The position numbers and the translations under genes are program-made. Below are positions 22,928 to 33,143 of a DNA stretch of 64,000 nucleotides, piece by piece. The DNA comes from an uncultured beta proteobacterium. Lineage in GTDB: Bacteria > Pseudomonadota > Gammaproteobacteria > Burkholderiales > Burkholderiaceae_C. Each line of letters starts with the position of its first letter. Position 1 is the stretch's first letter. The stretch lies in NCBI GenBank assembly GCA_963717575.1, contig CAVQWK010000034.1, forward strand, positions 30,300 through 94,299, written 5' to 3'. Below the pieces are notes generated by a model. That model did no database searches. It saw only the letters and a list, made by a program, of their open reading frames with translations, and was not told the origin of the DNA.

Positions 22928-23851
22928 TCAGCGCGATGCGGGTTCCATGCGCACCAGGCGCCGCTGCAGCGTGAAGGTGGGGTGGGCGCTGCGCAGATCC
23001 AGCCGCAGCAGCACGCCGCTGGCACGGTCGACGACGATCGCACCCTCGACCCGCGTATAGGCCTCGCCCTGCTGGGCATCGCCGAAGAGCTCGATCACCG
23101 CGGCATCGAAGCTGTGATCGGCAATGCTCTGCCGACCCACCGCCATGACCTGGCCGCGCAAGCGGGCGCGTGCCAGGGGATCGCCGATCACGACCATGTC
23201 GCCGGCCAGGACCTGCCCCAGCGTCAGTCCCCCGCGCAGCAGGCGTCGCCACTGCAAGGCGTCATCGGGCGCCTCCAGCACATTGCCGGCGGCGTCCTGC
23301 CGCCACAGGGCGCCGGGCTTGGCTTCGAGTTCAAACTGCACCTCGCCGCGGCTCAATGCGGTCACGCGCATGGCCCACTGCAGCGCAGGCAGCCGCGCCG
23401 CCGCACGGTCTTCGTACACCACGCGGTCGCCCACCGCCAGCGGCGTGCTGGCCGTCGCGGCAGCTGCAAGGTTGGCCCCGGGGGGTGGGCAACCCTGGGC
23501 ACGCGATGCGGTGCGCAGCGCCTCGTAGCGGTCCTTCAGGCGCGTCAGGTCGACCGCTTCGAGCCCGGCGGGCCGCATGGCCAGCAATGCCGGCCAGTAG
23601 ACGGACACACCCACGCCCAAGGCCATGATGTTGCTGCCCGCACGCTCGTCCACCGCGTACGCGATGTCGGTGGCACGTTGCTGGACGACGTCGAGTTCGT
23701 CGTCGATGCGACCGCACGACCAGGTGGCGAAGTCGGCCGGGTTGGCCGCCTCCGGCTGCGCATCGACGGCAGGCGTCCCACAGCCTCCGAGCATGGCCGC
23801 GACCAGCACTGCCGTCGCCAGCGGGCGAAGGCAATGCGCGGCGGTGGGCAT
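22928..23851 (-). CDS. Hypothetical lipoprotein
   Basis: Lipobox MLGGC; Cys-bracketed helical N-domain followed by a beta-rich C-domain; start uncertain. Confidence 0.7.
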   Translation of the reverse strand: MPTAAHCLRPLATAVLVAAMLGGCGTPAVDAQPEAANPADFATWSCGRIDDELDVVQQRATDIAYAVDERAGSNIMALGVGVSVYWPALLAMRPAGLEAVDLTRLKDRYEALRTASRAQGCPPPGANLAAAATASTPLAVGDRVVYEDRAAARLPALQWAMRVTALSRGEVQFELEAKPGALWRQDAAGNVLEAPDDALQWRRLLRGGLTLGQVLAGDMVVIGDPLARARLRGQVMAVGRQSIADHSFDAAVIELFGDAQQGEAYTRVEGAIVVDRASGVLLRLDLRSAHPTFTLQRRLVRMEPASR

Positions 23852-24144
23852 CTGCGCTCGGATCATGCGGAATGCATTGTGCGCGCGTCGCGCCGCGCGG
23901 CAAGAGTCACGCCTTTGCGGCAACGGTGCACCTGCACCGGACGCGCTTGCGGCGGCTCGCCTGCAAGCCTGGGCCACAATGAGGTATACTCGCCGCCGTA
24001 GATATGCACAAGACCGTCTTTCTGTAGGTCATCTCTGTTTCAGCCGGTTTACCCGGCAGTTTCGGTCGAATCTCCAATCGGTGATTTTCTTGGCGTCTCT
24101 GCACTGCGTCGGCATGTGCTGCGCATCACTTGAAAGGAATAGAT

Positions 24145-24357
24145 ATGACAACCGAAACCGGTACCGTGAAGTGGTTCAACGAAGGCAAGGGCTTCGGCTT
24201 CATCACGCCTGACAGCGGCGGCAAGGACCTCTTCGCCCACTTCAGCCAGATCCAGGGCAGCGGCTTCAAGACCCTGGCCGAAAGCCAGCGCGTCGAGTTC
24301 GAAGTGACGCAGGGCCAGAAGGGCCCGCAAGCGTCGAACATCCGCGCCGCCACCTGA
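24145..24357 (+). CDS. Cold-shock protein (CspA family)
   Basis: [15 protein letters not shown] (RNP1), LFAHFS (RNP2), GQKGPQA; AAGGA RBS. Confidence 0.97.
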   Translation: MTTETGTVKWFNEGKGFGFITPDSGGKDLFAHFSQIQGSGFKTLAESQRVEFEVTQGQKGPQASNIRAAT

Positions 24358-24393
24358 TCGGCACAGAGGGCCCCGTGACAGGGGTCTGACGAG

Positions 24394-24428
24394 AAAGCCG
24401 CGGTTTGCACCGCGGCTTTTTTCTTTTG
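24394..24428 (+). terminator. Rho-independent terminator after csp
   Basis: AAAGCCGCGGT-TTGC-ACCGCGGCTTT followed by a T run. Confidence 0.9.
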
Positions 24429-24438
24429 GGGTCTGCCA

Positions 24439-24687
24439 ATGAAGAACCTGCAGGAAGCCACGGAGCGCATCTGTGAGTTGAAGGGCAGCCTGGTGGCGCT
24501 CGACGCCCTGGTGACCGCACTGCTGCAGGCGATGCCGGTGGCGGCACGCGCGGACCTGTTGCGCACCTTCGACGGCCACGCCGAAGTGGCCCGGACGGTG
24601 CTGCTGAACACGTCGACCTCGGAACACACCATCGCGGCCTTCGAGCGCGATGTGAAGCGCACGTCTTCGCTGATCGCTGCCGTGTAG
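24439..24687 (+). CDS. Small hypothetical protein
   Basis: 82 aa, typical codon usage, helical composition. Confidence 0.7.
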   Translation: MKNLQEATERICELKGSLVALDALVTALLQAMPVAARADLLRTFDGHAEVARTVLLNTSTSEHTIAAFERDVKRTSSLIAAV

Positions 24688-24816
24688 CCGCGGACGCGCG
24701 CCTCGCTGCCGTCTGCGCAAGGCCCGCCGGGCCTTGCTCGATGCTCCGATGCCGGCTGGCGATGCCCCCGATCATGGTCTATCGTCCGGGCAGACACCGG
24801 ATTCCGGAACCCGCCG

Positions 24817-26136
24817 ATGACCCACATCCTGCATCGCCAGATCCGCCACACGCTGCCGGTCGCGGCCAGCGCCCGCGGCATGACCCTCACCGACACCGCC
24901 GGCCGCGAATACATCGACGCCTCGGGCGGCGCCGCCGTGTCCTGCCTCGGTCACGGCCACCCCGACGTGCTGGCCGCGATGCACGCGCAGATCGACCGCG
25001 TCGCCTACGCGCACACCAGCTTCTTCACCACCGACGTCGCCGAGCAGCTCGCCGACCTGCTGGTCCAGGGCGCGCCGGCCGGCACCAGCCACGCCTACTT
25101 CGTTTCCGGCGGCTCCGAAGCGGTCGAGGCGGCGCTGAAGATGGCGCGACAGTATTTCGTCGAGATCGGCCAGCCGCAGCGCCAACACTTCATCGCCCGC
25201 CGCCAGAGCTACCACGGCAACACGCTCGGCGCGCTGGCGGTCGGCGGCAACGAATGGCGTCGGCGCCAGTTCGCGCCGCTGCTGATCCCGGTGACGCACG
25301 TCTCGGCCTGCTACGAATACCGCGGTCGCGCCGCCGGAGAGAGTGCCGAGCAGTATGGCCAGCGCCTGGTGGCCGAACTGGCTGCGGCCATCGACAGTCT
25401 GGGCGGCGACAGGGTCATCGCCTTCGTCGCCGAGACGGTGGGCGGCGCCACCGCCGGTGCGCTGACACCGGTGCCGGGTTACCTGCAAGGGGTGCGCGAG
25501 CTGTGCACAAGGCACGGCATCCTGCTGATCCTGGACGAGGTGATGTGCGGCATGGGCCGCACCGGCACGCTGCACGCGTGCGAGCAGGAAGGCGTGGTGC
25601 CGGACCTGCTGGTCATCGCCAAGGGCCTGGGCGGGGGCTACCAGCCCATCGGCGCCGTGCTGGCGCAGGCCCGCATCGTCGACGCCTTCGCTCAGGGCAG
25701 CGGCCTGTTCCAGCACGGGCACACCTACCTCGGTCATCCGGTGGCCTGTGCGGCGGCGCTGGCGGTGCAGCAGGTGATCGCGCGCGACGACCTGCTGGCG
25801 CAAGTGCGGCGCCTCGGCCACGGCCTGCGCGAGCGGCTGGTGGCCACCTTCGGCAAGCACCCGTTCGTCGGCGACATCCGGGGCCGCGGCCTGTTCCAGG
25901 CCATCGAACTGGTGCGCGACCGTGCCACCAAGGAAACCTTCGATCCCGCGCTGAAGCTGCACGCAAGGATCAAGGCTGCGGCGATGGCGCAGGGCCTGAT
26001 GGTGTACCCGATGGGCGGTACGATCGACGGTGTGCACGGCGACCATGTGCTGCTGGCACCGCCCTTCATCGCGAGCGACGACGATCTGGACCGCATCGTC
26101 GACCGCCTGGCACGGGCGGTCGAGGCGGCGCTGTGA
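24817..26136 (+). CDS. Class-III PLP-dependent aminotransferase
   Basis: YIDASGG, SGGSEAVE, SYHG, DEVMCGMGRTG, AKGLGGG (PLP Lys), HGHTY. Confidence 0.95.
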   Translation: MTHILHRQIRHTLPVAASARGMTLTDTAGREYIDASGGAAVSCLGHGHPDVLAAMHAQIDRVAYAHTSFFTTDVAEQLADLLVQGAPAGTSHAYFVSGGSEAVEAALKMARQYFVEIGQPQRQHFIARRQSYHGNTLGALAVGGNEWRRRQFAPLLIPVTHVSACYEYRGRAAGESAEQYGQRLVAELAAAIDSLGGDRVIAFVAETVGGATAGALTPVPGYLQGVRELCTRHGILLILDEVMCGMGRTGTLHACEQEGVVPDLLVIAKGLGGGYQPIGAVLAQARIVDAFAQGSGLFQHGHTYLGHPVACAAALAVQQVIARDDLLAQVRRLGHGLRERLVATFGKHPFVGDIRGRGLFQAIELVRDRATKETFDPALKLHARIKAAAMAQGLMVYPMGGTIDGVHGDHVLLAPPFIASDDDLDRIVDRLARAVEAAL

Positions 26137-26217
26137 GAACCGGGCATGCCCTTGTCGCCTGACCGCTTGCCGACACGGTTCCTGCTCCTTCCTCCTACGT
26201 TTCGGAGATACCCCGTC

Positions 26218-27198
26218 ATGACCCTCAAGACCTCCCTCAACCTGGCCATGTGCGCCGTCGCCCTGGCCCTCGCCCTGCCCTCGACCCCGGTCCTGGCCCA
26301 GCAGAAATTCATGACCATCGGCACCGGAGGCGTGACCGGCGTCTACTACGCCGCCGGCGGCGCCATCTGCCGCCTGGTCAACAAGGACCGCGCCAAGCAC
26401 GGCATCCGCTGCTCGGTGGAATCGACCGGCGGCTCGGTGTTCAACATCAACACCATCAAGGCCGGCGAGCTGGACCTCGGATTCACGCAGAGCGACGTCC
26501 AGTACAACGCCGGCAAGGGCCTGGCGCAGTTCAAGGACGGCGGCGCCTACGGCGACCTGCGCGCGGTCTTCTCCGTCCACCCCGAGCCCTTCACGGTGCT
26601 GGCGCGCAAGGAGGCCGGCGTCAAGACCTTCACCGACCTGAAGGGCAAGCGCTTCAACGTCGGCAACCCGGGCTCGGGCACGCGGGCGTCGCTGGAAGAG
26701 CTGATCGGCGCGCTGGGCTGGAAGCTCAGCGACTTCGCGCTCGCCGCCGAGCTGAAGGCCGACGAGCACGGCCCGGCGCTGTGCGACGGCAAGATCGACG
26801 GCTTCTTCTACGGCGTCGGCCACCCCAGCGCCAATATCCAGGACCCGACCACCACCTGCGGCGCCAAGCTGGTGTCGATCACCGGCCCCGCGGTCGACAA
26901 GCTGGTGGCCGACAAGCCTTACTACGCCAAGGCCACGATCCCCGGCGGGCTGTACCCCAACAACCCGGAACCGACCACGACCTACGGCGTGCTGGCCACG
27001 GTGGTCGCCTCCTCCAAGACGCCGGTCGACACCGTGTACCAGGTGGTGAAGGCCGTGTTCGACAACTTCGAGGAGTTCAAGAAGCTGCACCCGGCGCTGG
27101 CCAACCTGAAGCCGGAGAACATGGTCAAGGACGGCCTGTCGGCCCCCTTGCACGAAGGGGCGGCGAAGTTCTACAAGGAAAAGGGCTGGATCAAGTGA
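26218..27198 (+). CDS. TAXI-family TRAP solute-binding subunit
   Basis: Signal peptide; [25 protein letters not shown]. Confidence 0.95.
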   Translation: MTLKTSLNLAMCAVALALALPSTPVLAQQKFMTIGTGGVTGVYYAAGGAICRLVNKDRAKHGIRCSVESTGGSVFNINTIKAGELDLGFTQSDVQYNAGKGLAQFKDGGAYGDLRAVFSVHPEPFTVLARKEAGVKTFTDLKGKRFNVGNPGSGTRASLEELIGALGWKLSDFALAAELKADEHGPALCDGKIDGFFYGVGHPSANIQDPTTTCGAKLVSITGPAVDKLVADKPYYAKATIPGGLYPNNPEPTTTYGVLATVVASSKTPVDTVYQVVKAVFDNFEEFKKLHPALANLKPENMVKDGLSAPLHEGAAKFYKEKGWIK

Positions 27199-27222
27199 TC
27201 CCGCGCTGAACGCGAACCGGTA

Positions 27223-27254
27223 GGGGCGAAGCAGGTCTTCGCCCCATTTTCTTT
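27223..27254 (+). terminator. Intercistronic hairpin/terminator between the TAXI binding protein and the permease
   Basis: GGGGCGAAG-CAGGT-CTTCGCCCC followed by ATTTTCTTT. Confidence 0.7.
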
Positions 27255-27278
27255 CCGCTGCCCCAAGGACGCCCGCGC

Positions 27279-29846
27279 ATGGCCACCGATCTCGAGAAAG
27301 CCCCCGAAGCCTTGCAGAAGCTGGTGGCCGACACCGACACCGGCGGCCGCCAGCCCACCGGCGTGACCGCGGGCATCATCTTCGCCGTGTCGTTGGCCTG
27401 GGCGCTGTTCCAGCTCTGGTACGCGTCGCCGCTGCCCTTCACGTTCGGTGTGGGCATCCTCAACGACACGGAAGCGCGCGCGCTGCATCTGGGGTTCGCG
27501 CTGTTCCTGGCCTTCACTGCCTGGCCGGCGTTCAAGGGTTCGCCGCGCTCGTACGTGCCGGCCGTCGACTGGGTGCTGGCCGCCGTGGGCGCCTTCGCCG
27601 GCGCCTACCTGCTGCTCTTCTACACCCAGCTCAGCACGCGGCCGGGCCAGCCGACGACGGCCGACATCGTGATCGCCTGCGCCGGCCTGGTGCTGCTGCT
27701 GGAGGCCACGCGCCGCGCCGTCGGCTGGCCGATGGCCGCGCTGGCCGGCCTCTTCATCGGCTACGCCATGCTCGGGCCCTACATGCCGGAAGTCCTGTCG
27801 CACAAGGGTGCGTCGTTGAACCGGTTGCTGTCGCACCTGTGGCTCACCACCGAGGGCGTCTACGGCATCGCGCTCGGTGTCTCGACGGGGACGATCTTCG
27901 TCTACGTGCTGTTCGGCACCCTGCTCGACCGCGCCGGCGGCGGCAACTACATGATGCAGGTCAGCTTTGCCGCCCTGGGCCACCTGCGCGGCGGGCCGGC
28001 CAAGGTGGCGGTGGTGTCTTCGGCGCTCAACGGCATGATCAGCGGCAGTTCGGTGAGCAACGTCGTCAGCGGCGGCATCTTCACGATCCCGCTGATGAAG
28101 AAGGCCGGCTACGGCGGCATCAAGGCCGGCGCCATCGAGACCATGAGCTCGGTCAACGGCCAGATCATGCCGCCGGTGATGGGAGCCGCCGCCTTCCTGA
28201 TGGTGGAGTACGTCGGCATTCCCTACTCGGAAATCGTGAAGAACGCGATCCTGCCGGCCACGCTGAGCTATATCGGGCTGCTGTACATCGTGCACCTCGA
28301 GGCGCTGAAGATGAACATGCGCCCCATCATCCACCGCCAGCCCAAGACCTGGGGTGAAGTGGCGCTGCGCTTCGGCCTCGGCCTGTCCGGCAGCGCGCTG
28401 GTGGTGTCGCTGCTCTATTACCTGCTGGCGGGCATCAAGGCCGGGCTGGGTGCCGCAGCCCCCTGGGCCGTGGGAGCGGTGGTGCTGACGCTCTATTTCG
28501 TCAGCATCCAGCAGGCGGCACGCTGCCCCGACCTGCCGGAAGATATCGACATCGATCACCCCAACCCGCCGGACACCTGGCCCACGGTGCGTGCCGGCCT
28601 GCACTTCCTGATCCCCATCGGCATGCTCATCTGGTGCCTGATGGTGGAAGAGATGTCGCCCTCGCTGTCGGCCTTCTGGGCCATCGCGGTGCTGATCTTG
28701 CTGATGCTCACGCAGCGGCCGCTGATCCTGGCCCTGCGGCGGCAGCCGCTGGGCACCGACTGGCTGCGCGGCGCGCGCGACGTCATCGGCGGCATGACCG
28801 ACGGCTCGCGCAACATGATCGGCATCGGTGTCGCCACGGCCACCGCCGGCGTCATCGTCGGCGGCATCACGCTCACCGGCCTGGGCCTGCGCATGACCGA
28901 CTTCGTCGAATTCGTCAGCCAGGGCAACGTGATGGTGATGCTGCTGTTCATCGCCTTCGTCTGCCTGGTGCTCGGCCTGGGCGTGCCCACCACGGCCAAC
29001 TACGTGCTGGTGGCCACGCTGATGGCGCCGGTGGTGGTGGAACTGGGCGCGCAAAGCGGCCTGGTCATTCCGCTGATCGCGGTGCACCTGTTCGTCTTCT
29101 ATTACGGGATCATGGGCGACATCACGCCGCCGGTGGGCCTGGCCACCTTTGCGGCGGCGGCCATCTCGGGCGAAGACGCCATCAAGACCGGCATCCAGGG
29201 CAGCATCTATGCGCTGCGCACGGTGATCCTGCCCTTCATCTGGATCTTCAACCCCCAGTTGCTGCTGCTGGAGATCGACACCACGTTCCAGCTCGTGACC
29301 GTGATCGTGGCCTGCACGCTGGCCACGCTGCTGTTCGCCGCCGTGACGATGAACTGGTTCCGCGTCAAGTCGCGCTGGTGGGAGACCCTGCTGCTGTGCG
29401 TCGCCGTGGCGCTGCTGTTCCGCCCCGACTTCTTCATGGACCAGTTCGCCCCCGAGTACCGCGACGTGCCGGCCAGCCAGGTGCTCGACGTCGCCCGCGA
29501 CGCACCTGACAGTGGCCGCGTGGTGATGGTGATCTCGGGCAGCACCATCGAAGGCGACGAAGTCGTCAAGACAGTGGCCGTGCGCCTGGGCGACCGGCCC
29601 GCGGCAGGCACCGACGGCCGCAAGCGCCTGACCGACGCCGGGCTGACCCTGGTGACGCTGGGCGGCAGCACGCAGATCGCCCAGGTCAAGTTCGGCAGCC
29701 GGGCGCAGAAGAGCGGCTTCGAGCAGGGCTGGAACGTGAAGACGCTGAAGCTGCCAGCCGACCGCCCCAACCCGCACTGGTTCTACCTGCCGGCCCTGCT
29801 GCTGGCGGGCCTGGTGTGGTGGAGCCAGGGCCGCAGGCTGAACTGA
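27279..29846 (+). CDS. TRAP transporter 4TM/12TM fusion permease with C-terminal extra domain
   Basis: LLEATRR, RGGPAKVAV, GQIMPPVMGAAAF, LGLGVPTTANY, DITPPV. Confidence 0.95.
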   Translation: MATDLEKAPEALQKLVADTDTGGRQPTGVTAGIIFAVSLAWALFQLWYASPLPFTFGVGILNDTEARALHLGFALFLAFTAWPAFKGSPRSYVPAVDWVLAAVGAFAGAYLLLFYTQLSTRPGQPTTADIVIACAGLVLLLEATRRAVGWPMAALAGLFIGYAMLGPYMPEVLSHKGASLNRLLSHLWLTTEGVYGIALGVSTGTIFVYVLFGTLLDRAGGGNYMMQVSFAALGHLRGGPAKVAVVSSALNGMISGSSVSNVVSGGIFTIPLMKKAGYGGIKAGAIETMSSVNGQIMPPVMGAAAFLMVEYVGIPYSEIVKNAILPATLSYIGLLYIVHLEALKMNMRPIIHRQPKTWGEVALRFGLGLSGSALVVSLLYYLLAGIKAGLGAAAPWAVGAVVLTLYFVSIQQAARCPDLPEDIDIDHPNPPDTWPTVRAGLHFLIPIGMLIWCLMVEEMSPSLSAFWAIAVLILLMLTQRPLILALRRQPLGTDWLRGARDVIGGMTDGSRNMIGIGVATATAGVIVGGITLTGLGLRMTDFVEFVSQGNVMVMLLFIAFVCLVLGLGVPTTANYVLVATLMAPVVVELGAQSGLVIPLIAVHLFVFYYGIMGDITPPVGLATFAAAAISGEDAIKTGIQGSIYALRTVILPFIWIFNPQLLLLEIDTTFQLVTVIVACTLATLLFAAVTMNWFRVKSRWWETLLLCVAVALLFRPDFFMDQFAPEYRDVPASQVLDVARDAPDSGRVVMVISGSTIEGDEVVKTVAVRLGDRPAAGTDGRKRLTDAGLTLVTLGGSTQIAQVKFGSRAQKSGFEQGWNVKTLKLPADRPNPHWFYLPALLLAGLVWWSQGRRLN

Positions 29847-29936
29847 CGCGGGCCGGTAGCCCTGCCGGCAACCGCGGCCGAGGTCGATGCGACCGGTGGT
29901 CGACCGCGGCTGCTCATCGCAGCGGCGGCGTTGCCG

Positions 29937-30878
29937 TCATCGGCACGGCGGCAATCGGGCCCGGGAATCGCGGAGCGCGAGGCGGTCGAGCAGATGATCG
30001 ACTTCGCCTCGTGCCGCCGCCGTCAGCGGGGCGGCGGGCTGGCGCTGGGCGGCGCTGCTCAGCAACCCCCGGCGCATCAGCACATATTTGCGCACGGCCA
30101 GACCCACGCCGGGCTGCTGTTCGTAGCGAAGCAAGGGCAGGTGCGCGTCGAACAGGTCGTGGGCCGCTTCGCGCTGCCCGCCGGACGCCAGACGAACCAC
30201 GTCGCACAGCATGTCCGCAAAGGCATAGCCGGTGTTCGCGCCGTCGGCGCCCCGCTCCATCTCGTAGTCGAGGAACAAGCCGCCGTTGCCGCACAGTATG
30301 GCCACGTGGCGCATGGAACCGTCGCGCTCGTAGCCGCGCAGGGTGGAGATCTTCTCCAGGCCGGGCCAGTCCTCGTGCTTGAGCATGACGCAGGAAGGCA
30401 GCTCGCCGACGATGCGCCGGATCACGCCGGGGCTCATCTGCACCGAGAACGTCAGCGGGTAGTCCTGCAGCACGAAGGGAACGTCGGCGCCGATCGCCTC
30501 GACCGCCTGGCGGTAGTAGCCGACGATCTGGTCGTCGGTGCGCAAGGTGTGCGGCGGCGCGATCATGACCCCCGCTGCGCCCGCCGCCATGACCTCATGC
30601 GTCAGCGCCCGCATGGCGGCAAAGCCCGGCGCCGAGACGCCGACGACGACCGGCAGCTGCGGCGCGCGGCGGATCATCTGCCGGGCCACGGCGACGCTCT
30701 CGTCGTGCCCGAGCTTCGGTGCCTCGCCGAGCTGGCCCAGCACCGTGATGCCGGTGGCGCCGATGGCCACGTAGAAGTCGGTCAGCCGATCGATCGACGC
30801 CGAGTCGATGCTGCCGTCGTCGAAGAACGGCGTCGGCGCGATGGGGTAGACGCCTCGGGCGGTGGCGGTCAGCAGCAT
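29937..30878 (-). CDS. Dihydrodipicolinate synthase (DapA/NanA) family lyase
   Basis: IAPTPF, LGQLGEA, LQDYP, LKHED (Schiff-base Lys). Confidence 0.88.
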   Translation of the reverse strand: MLLTATARGVYPIAPTPFFDDGSIDSASIDRLTDFYVAIGATGITVLGQLGEAPKLGHDESVAVARQMIRRAPQLPVVVGVSAPGFAAMRALTHEVMAAGAAGVMIAPPHTLRTDDQIVGYYRQAVEAIGADVPFVLQDYPLTFSVQMSPGVIRRIVGELPSCVMLKHEDWPGLEKISTLRGYERDGSMRHVAILCGNGGLFLDYEMERGADGANTGYAFADMLCDVVRLASGGQREAAHDLFDAHLPLLRYEQQPGVGLAVRKYVLMRRGLLSSAAQRQPAAPLTAAARGEVDHLLDRLALRDSRARLPPCR

Positions 30879-31022
30879 GGCGGTTCCTTGGTCGCGTGGC
30901 ATGGAGTGCACGATTCTGGCGCCGACTTGACGCCGGGGCGCCGCGGTCCGTGCCGATGCACGGATGGAGCCCATGCGGCAAAATCGCGGGTCTTGCCCGC
31001 CATTGCGACCCCAACCTCACTC

Positions 31023-31928
31023 ATGAACGAGACCGTGCGCTCAAACCACCCGCTCCGCCTATCCTGGCTTCGGCTCCTGCTGGCGGCCGTTCTGCTGGGG
31101 CCAGCCCTGGCCAACGCGACGATGGTTCGCCTGTTCACGGTGCTGGGGCCGGTGGACATCGAGCTCTTCGACGCCGCGGCACCTGCCACGGTGGCCAACT
31201 TCCTGGGCTACGTGCGCAGCGGCGCCTACGACCACTCGTTCATCCATCGCAGCGTGCCGGGCTTCATCGTGCAAGGCGGCGGGTACACCTGGGTCGAGGG
31301 GGGCGCCGGCCCCGTCAAGGTCCCGGCCGGGCCGCCGGTGGTCAACGAATTCAGCGCCACGCGCTCCAACTTGCGCGCCACGGTGGCCATGGCGAAGGTG
31401 GGCGCCACGCCGCCGACGCCCGCAAGCATCAACAGCGCGACCACCGAGTGGTTCTTCAATCTGGCAAACAACGCCAGCAACCTGGACACCCAAAACGGCG
31501 GCTTCACCGTCTTCGGTCGGGTCACCACGCCGGGCATGGCGGTCGTCGATGCCATCGCGGCACTGCCCCGGGTCAAGGCGGCCGCTCCGTTCGGGGACTT
31601 GCCGATCGTCGGCACGATCATCAACAACACCATCGCGCGCGCCAACGTGGCCGTCGTGACCGCAGCACGCGAGCTCGCCCCACCCGCCACCGACGCCGAC
31701 CGCATCTTCAACTACCTCGAAGCCGTCTACGCGCCCTACCTCAAGCCCCCGGGCACGCCATCGGCCACCGGCCTCGGCTACTACTACCGCTACTACCCCG
31801 AGAGCAATGCCTACGTGGGCGTCGCCGACGGCGTCGTCTATTACCTGGTGCCGGCGGTCAACAACGACATCAATCGGTTTGCCACGGTGGCCGAGGTCCT
31901 GCCGACGGCGCAGCAGGCGGGGTATTGA
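31023..31928 (+). CDS. Secreted cyclophilin-type peptidyl-prolyl isomerase with extra C-terminal domain
   Basis: APATVANFL.Y, FIHRSVPGFIVQGGG, TVAMAK, EWFFN, FTVFGRV. Confidence 0.9.
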   Translation: MNETVRSNHPLRLSWLRLLLAAVLLGPALANATMVRLFTVLGPVDIELFDAAAPATVANFLGYVRSGAYDHSFIHRSVPGFIVQGGGYTWVEGGAGPVKVPAGPPVVNEFSATRSNLRATVAMAKVGATPPTPASINSATTEWFFNLANNASNLDTQNGGFTVFGRVTTPGMAVVDAIAALPRVKAAAPFGDLPIVGTIINNTIARANVAVVTAARELAPPATDADRIFNYLEAVYAPYLKPPGTPSATGLGYYYRYYPESNAYVGVADGVVYYLVPAVNNDINRFATVAEVLPTAQQAGY

Positions 31929-31963
31929 ACCCACCTGCGCGGCGGCAGCCGCGTGCACCGGCG

Positions 31964-31977
31964 CTGCGCATGCTCAA
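31964..31977. promoter_or_regulatory. FNR-like box, 1 mismatch, upstream of usp
   Basis: CTGCG-CATG-CTCAA. Confidence 0.55.
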
Positions 31978-32036
31978 TGCACGGCGGCACACGCCGCCTA
32001 CGATTCCTCGGTCAAAAGCAAAGTGAGGAATGAGTC

Positions 32037-32495
32037 ATGTACAGCAAGATCCTCGTCCCCATCGACGGCAGCCCGACGGCCCTGCGCGGTTTCGAGGAGG
32101 CCGTGGCGCTGGCCCGCGCCCTCGGCTCGAGCTTGGTCGTCCTGCACGTGATGGATACGTTCCCGATCGCCACCGAGATGGTGCCGACCACGACCTGGCA
32201 AGAGATCAGCGACGGCCTGCGCCAGCAGGGCGAAACGCTGTTGAACAAGGCACGCGAGACGGCTGCCAACCATGCCGTCGCCGCCGAGACGCGGCTGGTG
32301 GAAGCGCGCACCGAGCGCGTCGCGGACACCATCGTGCAGGAGGCGAAGGACGCCGGCTGCGACCTGGTGGTGATGGGCACGCACGGCCGGCGCGGATTCA
32401 ACCGCGTCATGGTGGGCAGCGACGCCGAACTCGTCGTGCGCAACTGCCCCTTGCCGGTGCTTCTGGTGAGGCACCCGGAGGCCCGCCACACTTGA
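32037..32495 (+). CDS. Universal stress protein
   Basis: MYSKILVPIDGS, DLVVMGTHGRRG, GSDAE, CPLPVLLV. Confidence 0.95.
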   Translation: MYSKILVPIDGSPTALRGFEEAVALARALGSSLVVLHVMDTFPIATEMVPTTTWQEISDGLRQQGETLLNKARETAANHAVAAETRLVEARTERVADTIVQEAKDAGCDLVVMGTHGRRGFNRVMVGSDAELVVRNCPLPVLLVRHPEARHT

Positions 32496-32620
32496 AGTCG
32501 GACATGCGGTGATCGCCCCGTGGGCGCCGGCGTGAGTCCCACCCTCACCCCAACCCCGCCCGCCTGAGAGGGGGGCGCGCTTCGGTGGGTCGCTCTTGAG
32601 GGAGTCAACGCAGAGGGCTA

Positions 32621-33117
32621 TCAGTCTGCGCCTGCCGCTTCGGATGTCGCTGTGGCCCGCAGCGCCTGCTCGACCCGGTGCTCCAGTTCGCCATCGTCGA
32701 AGGCCGTCAGGTCGAGCACCACGCTGGCCTGCAACAGCTTCCGGGTCGCCGCACCGAGTTGCGCGTTGAGTTCGCCGAGGAACGGGCTCGAGGCGAAGAT
32801 CGCCAGCCTGGGGTAACGGTGCGCCAGCGCCAGCTCCTCCAGGCGATGCGCCAGTTCACGCGCGAATTCCGCGTGCTCCTTCTGGTGCGGGTCGGTGTGC
32901 GGCGGGAACGCGGTGCTGGCCACGCCCTTTTGGCCCTGCCGGGGCGGTCGTGGCCCAGCGCCTGCCCTTTCAGACGCGTCTGCGGATGCACGAAGCTGGC
33001 CACTTCGCGCATGGCCTTGTTCTCCGGGTCGCGCTCGAACAGCCGCGCCCGCGCGGCGTTGGCCACCAGCACGCCGTCCAGCGGCGCAACGGGCCTGATC
33101 TTCTTCATCGTCGACAT
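32621..33117 (-). CDS. Host-attachment (AtsE/baeRF-like) family protein, frameshift near 32930
   Basis: [12 protein letters not shown]...DRPGR in one frame; FARELA..L...[13 protein letters not shown]...LDLT in the next. Confidence 0.75.
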
Positions 33118-33143
33118 CACATCTCCTTTCGGCCGCGGGGCCG

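Noticed and set aside
32596-32608. Additional FNR-like site TTGAG-GGA-GTCAA
   Set aside because: Spacer is one base short and the site lies between convergent gene ends; may be an indel artefact or chance
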